DNA of 64,000 nucleotides from a virus: IMG/VR virus record IMGVR_UViG_3300029309_000008, positions 1 to 64,000 of that record; one strand, 5' to 3'. Shown piece by piece: positions 40,001 to 49,900 of this stretch (position 1 is its first letter; each line of letters starts with the position of its first letter). The notes under the pieces were generated by a model. It saw only the letters and a program-made list of their open reading frames with translations, ran no database searches and was not told where the DNA came from. The position numbers and the translations under genes were made by a program.

Positions 40001-43000
40001 CTTTGAAAATTTCACACTTTGTGCTAATCCTTCTGAAAAGAATTTAAACTCCACGAAAGTAGATTTAGATGGGCCTGATGGAGTTATAGAGCTTGATATA
40101 AAAGCGGCTCTTGACTCTGGTGCGTTTCCAGGGGGTATATCAGAAATTTATGTTGCTGTAGACACACCAGTTGTGAGGGCTGAACAACGTCCAGGACAAG
40201 CCAATTCTTGTTTTTATCCTGGGGGATTGGGAGATAAGGAACATACAGATAAAGCTGGTGGCAGCGGTCAAAATATTTACTATTATAGTTCTGGTACAAA
40301 CTGTTTTGTAGTCAAAGCTTATAACCAAGCCATAGATTATATTGAGGCTTACTTGGCACCCACACAACTAATTTTAGAAAAAACTTGTACTTTCAAAAGT
40401 AGTTGCACACTATCTGTTTACGATACTTTAAAGTGTGACCCTTTCTTTAGAAGTGAAGGTATATTTTCATATTGGGAATCAACTAACATCTACCCCGATA
40501 ATGATTTTCTATATAACAGTAAAAATCAAATAACTAATATCGCTAACTTGGACTTAGGTAGTGCAGATGCAAATAATGAGTTCAATAATATATATGTAAC
40601 GGGTGGAGAATTAAACGACAAGGCTAACTTTGCGTGTAAACCGATTAGACACTTTAAGTTCCCTGATGTAAACATTTCTCCAATGTTTGGGGCTGATACG
40701 TTCTTCAATGCCCAGCCTGTTCCTTTTGTACCATCTAAAATTTATCCAATAGGCTTCCATATTGATAACAATATTATCAATGGATTCTTGGATTTAGCCG
40801 TAGATAATACTTTAATCACTCAAGAGTTTAGGGATTCAATCACTAACTACGAAATATTTAGAGGGGATGTCAGACTAAATAAGTCTATTATTTCTAAAGG
40901 TGTTCTCTACGATATGTACAAACACGTAGACGAGGATACCAACGATACATCTTATTTTAGTAACTTTCCTTACAATGATTTATCAGATAATAAACTACTT
41001 TACAGAAAAGAAAACAGGAAGAAGTTTATAGAGCATCCATTTAAGAATGATTTAAAATCAAACAACAGGTTTACATTCCATTCTCCTAACACATCGTTTG
41101 ACAGAGACTTGTTGCCTTTTGAAATGTATGTTGAAACTGATTTTGTAGGGTATAGTAGAGGTGCATTCGCAAAAGTAGAGGACCATCCGAAGTATACAGT
41201 CCTCGCACCAAGAGCCTACAGAATAGCTAGATTCTTAGCAGCAGCTGAAACAACATTAGACTTTTTAACAAACTTAAGTTCGGCATTAATACAAGTGGGT
41301 CTTGCTGGTAATGTGGGTACAACTACCAACGTTTTACAGCCTGTAGCATGGGTAGCATTTGGTCTATACACAGGACAAGCACTTATAAACTTAGTACCAC
41401 AAGGTAAACAGAATACATCTAAGTGGTTAACTATATTTAGAACTTTAGGAAATGACAGAAACTTCGCCAATTACTACTCTTCAGTAGGATTCTACAATGG
41501 TATGTATATACCCCCTTCACAAGAGGGCGACAAATTAAGAGGGCTAAGAGAAAAGTTATATATTGATAATGGTAGATACCGTGTCGATGAGATAGATGAA
41601 GATAGTAATATTATCATCAACAACTTTAACAGAGAGTCTTCAGTTTATTTAAGTCTTGGTGTAGAAAAGGATTCATCAGGCAACGTTAGACATAATTTTA
41701 ATCTTGATAAGTCACCTGCTATTAGAAACTACGATAATAGTAGATTCATAGCATCGGACAAAGGGTGCTTTAAGGGAGCTGTATCAAGGGAGTATGAAGC
41801 ACCTATCTCTTCCCCTTATGTTTCACTTAAACGATTCTTGCCTGGACAGTATGGAGGTATTAGTAGTGTAAGTTGGTTTGATACCGCATATTGTGGAGAC
41901 CTTACAAAAACTAATTCTTGTGAAGCTGCCTTTGGTGGAGATACGTTTATAAGTAGGATGTACCTCAAAAGAAAGTTTTCGCTTTTCTCTACGCCAGCTT
42001 TGATAGGTAAAAACGGTACAGGAGACAATGTGCCTTATGAGTACTCTATTTATAGAAATGTAGGCTACCCTAGATTCTTCTTAGACTATCTGATGGATGG
42101 AGAAGATGATGTTACAATTTATGGTAACATCCCTAACTTAAGGTCAAATTTTGAATTTGATTGTACAAATAGTAAGGGGTTGTACATGAAGCCCCCATCA
42201 AAGTTCTACTTGTTCTACTATGGTATACCTGGATTTTTGGTAGAGTCTAGAATTAATCTTAACTTCCGTTATGGTAGAAATAATTCTGATAAATTCTTTT
42301 ATCCAGGAACTAGGGATTACTTAGGGTGGACTCAAGAAAACTATGTGTCTGTACGTGAGGGAGAAGAGTTTTCATACAATGAGAACTACAGTAAAAACAA
42401 TGATATCTCTGATGCATTTGTTCTTCCTGATAACTACGACCCAGCCATATGGAATGCACAGTATGATAATTATGATAGAGTAATATTCTCACTACCTGAT
42501 AACAATGAGTCTAACAGAATTGACAACTTTAGATATTTCCTATCTAATAACTACCATGACTTTGGTAATAAGTATGGCAGACTGGTAGACTTGGCTAATA
42601 TAGAGTCAGATAAAGTACTTGTTCGTTTTGAAAATGGAGCATCTATATTTAATTCTTATAATGTTTTACGTGGCCAAAATCAATCCGACCCTAATTATGC
42701 GGTGAATCCTCAAGAAAACAGAACAATACTCAAGAGTAAACCTAGTGAGTTCTTTAGAACAGAGTTAGGCTACGGAGGTACTCAACACAGAGCTTTAGTT
42801 TCTTGTCAGCTGGGGCACTTTTGGACTGATGCTAAAAGAGGGAGAGTATACCAGTTAAGTCCTAACGGAACGTCTTGGGATGAAATATCTAACAAGGGTA
42901 TGAAAAACTGGTTTAGAGAAAACTTGCCTTTCCGTATTAAAACTCAGTTTAAGGATATCCCAGATGATATGCTTGACAATACTATGGATGGGCTAGGAAT

Positions 43001-43928
43001 AGCTATGACATGGGATGACAGGTATATGCGTTTATTCTTAACCAAGTTAGATTCAAAGGTAAAATCAAGCATTACGATTTGGACAGGAGATGATTCTCTA
43101 GCTCCTAATAACAGTATGAGAATCAAAGACTTAGACTTTATCTATAGAAATGATTTAGGAGTTGATTCTGTTGTAAACCCTCAAGACCCTACGTATTTTG
43201 ATTTAGCTTCTTGGACGACAGCTTATAGTCCTGTAATTAAGGGGTGGGTATCTTTTTACTCTTTCACGCCTAACTATTATGTAAGTCATCAGAACTATTT
43301 CTCTTCTGGTCTTAATCCTCTTGTAAGTGGGACAAGAAAAGGTAGTACTGCAGGAATATGGAATCACTTACTTGGTAGTAACCAAACATTCCAAGTATTC
43401 TATGGTTCTAGGCACTCGTGGATTATTGAAACTGTCGCTAAAACTAATTATCAAAGTAAGCTATATGAAGACTTTAGCTATAGGCTAAATGTTAGAAGAT
43501 ATGTGAATGAGTATGATTACCATTACTTCGATGAAAACTTCGATAAGATGGTTCTGTACAATGACAGAGAGTCTTCAGGATTATTAAGACTAGTGACTCA
43601 AGAGCCTAATAGTTTGAAACAACTTATTGATTTCCCTAAGTTCACTTCTACAGGTATTGACATTATAGCCACAAATCAGGATTATACTTGGTCAGTTAAC
43701 TACTTTTTCGATAATTTAAAAGAAAATCATACACAACCTATTTGGACTAATGCTCTAAATAATGTAGATAAGGATTTAAACAATGAAGCATTCAACTACA
43801 ACCCTTCATTCAAAAACCATATTAGAGGTCAATACTTACTAATAAGAATGGAGCAGAGTAAAGAATCAAGACTTAAGTTTATATTTGAACACTTTATATC
43901 AGACTCATTAATGTACGATGCCTACTAA
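37047..43928 (+). CDS. muzzle / tail stabilisation protein (P22 gp10-like), 2293 aa
   Basis: GMNKD...YT.ALNA...NE.SN; GYMRDEV.PFGI; IRHFKFPD; FGGDTFI; YGGTQH; WT..YSP....W.SFYSF.P. Confidence 0.8.
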   Translation: MAKSNKRIDRQIGAPKQGMNKDVHPASLDEKTYTHALNANYEGQDGDIVNLQNEESNILCSKFKPGFKVVGHQIDITGERTYFFLVDDSTTPPRSEIGFIEDLGKQINFTDTVIKCGCSIEAVLSDGLENQVQSETCTYTTLIADYECPNGLTPNHCLNFNINYPISSVLKDDKLGKILYFTDDLNPRRRIELDNISQYYKTPVVCADDADACINCGLMDMLPETPPLCIDVEGTVIGGDVDHGVYAFFAGYCDGEGNMVRDYSASTNTFSVKDPNKDIYTQPELDIPTNFSIKLNINNLDTQFEFYQVAVVAIKEVNGAKSYYSLGVFPTSNQEVLFSGLETLPQENRLGLFEITQTVPEYIKAKFVTNTNNTLYFGDLEGRPDPNLQPVVNFMGQFAKWRTFMAEEDLYSTSYGTGNFKGYMRDEVVPFGIRFVTKKGYKTPIYPLIARVADATSDLYFDDISSGSIPSHQADPTACIAAIKSSINLPTAASTRKWIKDVYSTLRYGNENCNDEERVYKWQYYNTAVEQRRDIDDCATVSSTTVKRDIEKVCSQEENTILGTSVGIPNDNTTALRLDFTEDGTVPEFETPPCDPTTDPTCPCPVGIEVEGFFTGFADYVQNNQSVFEDIANDSTGLYGATQKLLASYFILDNYKEGGIHALDCCDVGFDSSVCGTPTKISEFIEVLGLETRAPCAKIVYEECSYYDRPPESDICFNYAIDPTNGDNKNINIQCAYDVKGDNTQRCENDCGDGAKNYLFTYEFFVGVRKKKDKYNLVFDRTTPVSGGSSCNNSSSLPLSFNEYDSAFTTHITPDFPDIEIVENDGTTSDEDARYISKHINSQEAQVKQLMDKDFIAGYGYGEVDPRQNTNPGSRRKKKFCAKAKNDIYLGLPENAGPFDNSDNVSGPGIFFNGGSAGFPLVDGVDYGRVHNNAVWYKLAVGSNNKIYFAVSRQNDFPSDNDKKDCLWYPEIARVSFFVNCDGDIFENFTLCANPSEKNLNSTKVDLDGPDGVIELDIKAALDSGAFPGGISEIYVAVDTPVVRAEQRPGQANSCFYPGGLGDKEHTDKAGGSGQNIYYYSSGTNCFVVKAYNQAIDYIEAYLAPTQLILEKTCTFKSSCTLSVYDTLKCDPFFRSEGIFSYWESTNIYPDNDFLYNSKNQITNIANLDLGSADANNEFNNIYVTGGELNDKANFACKPIRHFKFPDVNISPMFGADTFFNAQPVPFVPSKIYPIGFHIDNNIINGFLDLAVDNTLITQEFRDSITNYEIFRGDVRLNKSIISKGVLYDMYKHVDEDTNDTSYFSNFPYNDLSDNKLLYRKENRKKFIEHPFKNDLKSNNRFTFHSPNTSFDRDLLPFEMYVETDFVGYSRGAFAKVEDHPKYTVLAPRAYRIARFLAAAETTLDFLTNLSSALIQVGLAGNVGTTTNVLQPVAWVAFGLYTGQALINLVPQGKQNTSKWLTIFRTLGNDRNFANYYSSVGFYNGMYIPPSQEGDKLRGLREKLYIDNGRYRVDEIDEDSNIIINNFNRESSVYLSLGVEKDSSGNVRHNFNLDKSPAIRNYDNSRFIASDKGCFKGAVSREYEAPISSPYVSLKRFLPGQYGGISSVSWFDTAYCGDLTKTNSCEAAFGGDTFISRMYLKRKFSLFSTPALIGKNGTGDNVPYEYSIYRNVGYPRFFLDYLMDGEDDVTIYGNIPNLRSNFEFDCTNSKGLYMKPPSKFYLFYYGIPGFLVESRINLNFRYGRNNSDKFFYPGTRDYLGWTQENYVSVREGEEFSYNENYSKNNDISDAFVLPDNYDPAIWNAQYDNYDRVIFSLPDNNESNRIDNFRYFLSNNYHDFGNKYGRLVDLANIESDKVLVRFENGASIFNSYNVLRGQNQSDPNYAVNPQENRTILKSKPSEFFRTELGYGGTQHRALVSCQLGHFWTDAKRGRVYQLSPNGTSWDEISNKGMKNWFRENLPFRIKTQFKDIPDDMLDNTMDGLGIAMTWDDRYMRLFLTKLDSKVKSSITIWTGDDSLAPNNSMRIKDLDFIYRNDLGVDSVVNPQDPTYFDLASWTTAYSPVIKGWVSFYSFTPNYYVSHQNYFSSGLNPLVSGTRKGSTAGIWNHLLGSNQTFQVFYGSRHSWIIETVAKTNYQSKLYEDFSYRLNVRRYVNEYDYHYFDENFDKMVLYNDRESSGLLRLVTQEPNSLKQLIDFPKFTSTGIDIIATNQDYTWSVNYFFDNLKENHTQPIWTNALNNVDKDLNNEAFNYNPSFKNHIRGQYLLIRMEQSKESRLKFIFEHFISDSLMYDAY

Positions 43929-46900
43929 AAAAAATAACATACCAAAAGGAGGATTCATAAGAAACCAAGATGCAGACAGAAAGCAAGAAATCCTAGATTT
44001 ATTTATTAAAGAGACCAATGAATACGGTGCTCCTAATTATAATGCTACAGCCGAATTCCCAAGTCCTATATACGAAGATGCTTACCAAGCGGCCATAGAC
44101 TACCAGATAGAAATGTTAAACTCGCCTAGAGGCCAAGAGATGTTAAGGCAGGAAACGGCAAGAAATTTTTTATTTAATAGAGATAAAAGAAATGAAAGAG
44201 CTTTTCAAGAAACTTTTGATGCAAGGTTACGTAATTTAGAAAATGCTAGAAGTTCATTATTATTTGCACCAGAAATAGCTGGCACTGCATATGGGATGGC
44301 ATTTCCAGATGGGGAAAACACTGTCGTTCTTACACAGGAATTAAGAGGGATACCATACACCGTTCCAAATATGTATAGTCCAGATGATTTAATGTTTACA
44401 ATGGTGCATGAGGCTGACCATGTTGAAAAGGGGTCTGATTTTAATACAGAAGGTTTTAATTTTTTTGATGCCAATTTACAACCTAAAGCTTTTGAAAAAG
44501 TCAGGCTAACACAACGTAAGACAAAGGATGCTCTAGAAAACCTTGATGCCCAATTTGGAGGAGGATATCAGAGACAAACTGGTATGACCAAAGAAGATTT
44601 TTTATCTAATTACAAAAACAAAAAGAAAGGAGAAAAGGCTTATTATTTTGGAGAAAATAACCCTGACAAAAAAGTAGAGGGGCATATACCCCTAGTAGAA
44701 CTATATGATTTTGATTGGGCTACTAACCCTGACGAAGTGTCGTCTCAAATAGTTGAACTTCAATTTCTTTCATCTCGGATAGGAATATACGACCCCAAAA
44801 CAGAAGAATTTAACGAATCGCATTTGAAGAAACTAGAGCAATTAGTAAATTCAAAACAGGTCCCTCGAACAGTTTTTAGGACTTTTAAAAACCTTAAGGG
44901 TATCTACGAAGATGATAACTTAATAGATATTATGAATCTTATCTCACAGGACAACTCCATGACAGACCAAACTAATATGACATACGCCCAAAACGGAGGG
45001 TATTCTAGACATCAAGATGATATACCAATACTTGACCCTAACCTTCCCATTAGCAGTCAAGCTAGTGGATATACACAATCCAGCGAAGCAGATAGAATAT
45101 CTATTCAAGATGCAATGAATCAGGCTAATGCTCAGAGAGAAGAGGATAGGGCAAGGCTAGAATATTTGAAAAAACTTGATGATGAAGCTAGAGCATTAGG
45201 TTTTAATAATTATGCAGAATATTCACAAGCAAAAGGTAAAGAAAATAAAGCGGTAGTAGACAATACTTTCACAACACAGGCTTCTGATTTAGGTATGTAT
45301 GATAGTTATCTACCTAATATAGATATAATAGAAGAACAAGGACCACAAAAATTTTTAGGAAGTGAGTTTCTAGGAGATTTATTTCCATTTGGAGGTGCAG
45401 AAATCATACCAGGTCCAAGTGAGGGTATAGATTTTGCAATGGGTGTAGATGCGGTAGACAGAGGAGCTTACGGAGAGGCAGCAGCTCATGCTGCAGGGTT
45501 TATTTTTCCTTTTGTAACGGGAAAGGGAATATTAAATTTTGCAAAAAAATATTTTGGAAAGTCAACACCACCAGTAGCAAGAAAAAATATTGCACGAGAG
45601 GGTGAGAATTTTGTAAGAATAGAAGTGCCCGTTGACCGCTTAGATGAAACTACTAATGTTATAACACCTGGTGCCAGAAGTACAAGTCCATCTGTTGCTA
45701 GTGGAACAAACGCACCTGGCAGAGCTTCTGTTCATTTAGGAGAAGTGCCTTATTACAATAATCCTAATAAAATGCTAAATAATGAAGCACAGTTGGCAGC
45801 TTTATCAAATATGAAAAGTCAAGGTAGATACCTAGATGATATTAATTTTAGTAGCTCTAATTTAAATCCAGGAGATGTTAATTATGTTGGTACTTCAGGT
45901 GGAAGACCTGTAGTATCTGTTCAAGTTCCTGGTCCAGATGGTAATATGTCAACTCAATATTTTTATAAGTCAACTGGTTTAGGGGGTAAGACTGTAAGAG
46001 ATGCTGACGGAGTAGTTAGAAGTACGGAAGGCATGTGGCAACCTTTTGGAGGCTTTGCAAATATAAACATGCATGGACTTCCCCCAGACAAAGAAATACA
46101 ATGGTTTATAAAAGGTGCGGGATATAAAGATTTTTATGGAAGTAACGCTTTTGAAAATATAGCAGAAAATTTAGATGATTTAACAAAGAATCAATTTCGT
46201 TATTATGATAGGGCTAATAATCAGTTTGGTCCTAATCCTATAAATAAACAGCAAGGGGGTTCAGTTAAATTTATGCAAGGAGGTACGATGGGAAGACATC
46301 AGGAACAATTTATTGTTAACCCTGATGGAGAGACTACCCCACTAACCGATAGAGGGTTTTACTATAATAGAGCTCTGGGCAGCAACGTAGGCGGCCAATC
46401 AGCTTACTCTGCCCCATCTCCAGGGGGTGGAGGTTTTCTTGGGTCCGCTACTAAAGATATGACCCAAGCAGATGTAGTACGTCAGAATATAGTAAAAGAT
46501 GAGGTAGAAGCTCAAATTGATAGAGACAATCAAAGACAAAGGGAGATAGACAGGGGAACCCTGCCTGCTTACTCTTTTAACAAAAGATATGGTAAAGATA
46601 CAGAAACTCTAAATGGGTATGCACCTGGAACCCCAGGACACACCTTTGCTATGTATGGACAGGACATAAACCTTTACAGATATGGTGACAATACTGCGGA
46701 AGAAAACCGTCAATTAGTAAACGAACTAGAGCAAATATTTAGAGAAAATGGATTAGGGTATAGTGAGGAATTAAATCAAAGTTTAAAAGCATTTAGAGAT
46801 AGAGCTTATCATAATTATCTTGTTAAAAATAAAGATGTGCTTGATGGATATTACGCTCAAGTAAAAGACTACGATAATTTATTAGCTGCTCAGAGTGCTC

Positions 46901-49900
46901 CAGGTGTTGATAATACTCGAATGGAGGCAAGAACATTGGAGGCATTTAGACCTGAGTTTCCTCTAGAAGCCAAAAGAAATCCAGTTGTAATAAAAAAGAG
47001 CCCACTGTCGGCAGTTCATAATACTCTTGCATTGGCTGGGATGGTACCTGTTATAGGTGAACCTCTAGACTTACTTGATGCAGCTTTATACACTCTAGAA
47101 GGAGACTACGGAGGGGCTGCTTTAGCTGGTGCATCTGTTGTACCATTTATGGGTAGTGGTGCAGGGGCTTTAAGACTGACGGGTGCAGCCAAGACTCTGG
47201 CAAAAGGTGCAGAGGAAGGGTCTGATTTGAACAGGTATATAAAGCAGATAGAAAGGGAAAGAAGAATGTATGCAAATCCTGGTGCATCTCAAGAGGGATT
47301 TGATTATTTGCGATACTCGGAACAATTCCCCCAACTCAGTAAAGAATCAGAATATTTAAGTAATTTAGGCTTTTACAATATTAATCGTAAAATGGGTGCC
47401 CAAGCAGTAGATGATTACACAAGTTCTCATCATTTAGCAATGAATACAGCTTTTGATAATTTAAACTTGCCTAATCAAAAAAGAGCTTCGGCACTCAATG
47501 AGTTAGTGCTTGACAACTCTAAAAGAATGGCTAATGATTTAGATGATTTTATTTCGTCAGGAATAGGAGGAAGAACATCTAAACCCATCACTTTGTCTAG
47601 AGCATCAACAGATGAAGTAGTCAGAGTTGTTAATGCAGATAATTCTATTACTGTAAAAAAGTTTAGCCAGTTACAACCTAACGATGTTATCTTAGAGACT
47701 AAGTTTACTTCCTACTATGACCCTAACAGGCCTTTATTTAACCAAAATATGTTTACTAAAACTGCCGATGATTATGGATTAGTCTCTAAGACACCATCGC
47801 TTGGTTACTTCCCAGTTCGTCAACAAACATATATACCACAGGGTACAAAACTAGGCGTTCCTACTTTCCACGGTAAAGCAAGGATGTTTCAAGATGAAGC
47901 TGAATTTATAGGGAATAGGTTTGGTGTTAGAAGATTCACTGGCATGAATCCAGATGGAAGTTATGGTTTCCAACTTATAGGGGGCTTTCAAGATGGAGGA
48001 AGTGTCTCAGGCGAAGAACCTGTAAGTGACAATGTCATGGATAATGTGGAAGAATCTATTGACTATAGTCAGTATAATACAGACATACTTATTATGGCTT
48101 CTAAATTTTCTATGAGTCCTGATGAGTATATTGAATATTATAATAAGGGAATACAAATGCTCAATGCAGGAAATACCATAGACGATTTAGTTAATATGGG
48201 TTATGGCAATAAAGAAGCATTATTATCTATGTTTCCTGGGGCATCTGTAGAGTCTAGAGGCAAATCCCAAACTCTTCAACAAGAAATAAAGCATATTCCT
48301 GTAACTAATTTACTAGAGGATACTGACTCTAGAACAGATGTGTCTAAGGTAGGAGCTGATATGATAGAATTTGTTGATAGTAGTAAAACAAAAGAAAGTG
48401 CTACATCAAAAATGCAGTCGGGAGGTATATTTGAAAATCCCATAACATCTGCTATGGAGAGTATGGATGAGTTCGGTAATATGATTGTAAATCAAAATTT
48501 AAAAAATGCTCTAGGGGAAACAGTAGAAGATACCTTTGGATTTAACTTCTTACCCGATGATTCAAATTGTGAGGTGGAGGTGATTTACAAGGCACAGGAA
48601 GGGGGATATTATATGAATCAAGACAATGTAGTTAGACAATTAGTCGAAGACGCTGGAGACAGAGCAGGAAAAATTTATGATTTTATTTCAGACATGGGAG
48701 ACCTTGCTGAAGATATTATAGAAATATCAAAAAATCCAAATTATGTAAATCAAAATCAGCCCTTCCTTAATAAAGCACTGGATGCATTTAAATTGTATTT
48801 ATCAGGTACTCCCGCCCCAGTTAAGACAGAGCAAGGGGAGAATGCAGATAGTCCTGTTGCATTGACTCCTGCAAAAATTAATGCTAATAATATCACAGCT
48901 GCTATAGAGCAAGTAGCGAAAGATGACGAAAATCTAGCTACACTCCTGGGTATGACAGCTTACATGGAAAATTCGTATGGAGCGAATCCAAATGCTTACG
49001 GTAGAGAGTATACACATAGTTTTATGTCTCTTGATGACCCTTCTCTAAATCAAATTTTTGATATTAGAACTGGAGCTACTGATTATACAAAAGGTCAAAA
49101 AGCTATATTTAATATGTTTGAAAGCTTAGGCCTGCCGTCAGACAAAGAGTCGTTTACAGAACTTTTAGACAAGGACGACCCTCTCGCTTCTGTAGCCGCA
49201 GCTAGGGCGTACTATGCTACTGTGCCTGAAGCACTGCCAGCATCATCAGATACTGAAGAGTTATTTAATTACTTTAGTAAGTACTACAACAGAGGAGGTC
49301 AAGGCAAGTACCAAACTGAGGAAGAATCACTTAACAGGTTTTTAGAGGGCTATACTCGACTGGTAGAGCAAGAGGACTTTGCGAATGGCGGCACTGTTGG
49401 TGAAACGGGAAAAATACTAGTTTCTAGTAATGGAGTATTTGACCGTAATTATGAACCAGGCAAACCAGTGATTGTTCCTACAAGAAATGGTGTAATAACT
49501 ATGGACGGTGTTGATGAAGACCTTTTAGCTATAAGTAATCTTGGAGAGTTTCGATTTATGGATGCTGATTCTGGTAATTATCAATTTGAAGGTAAAACTG
49601 TTCTGGAAGTGCCTGTTAAAATGTTTTATGGTAAAGATGGCGGTCTAGCTGATTGGTTTAAAGAAGAGTGGGTAAGAATCGATACTGAGGGCAATATCAC
49701 AGGACCTTGTGGTACTATGAAAAAAGGCAAAGCCACTACCAGATGTCTTCCTAAAAAGAAAGCACAGTCCTTAAGCAAGGCAGAAAGAAAAGCAACTGCC
49801 CGTAAAAAGGTAAGAGGTTCTAAAAAGGGAAAACAGTTTGTAGCGAATACTAAGAAAGCCAAAGTGACGAGGAAAGATACGAAAAGATACGAAGCAGGAG

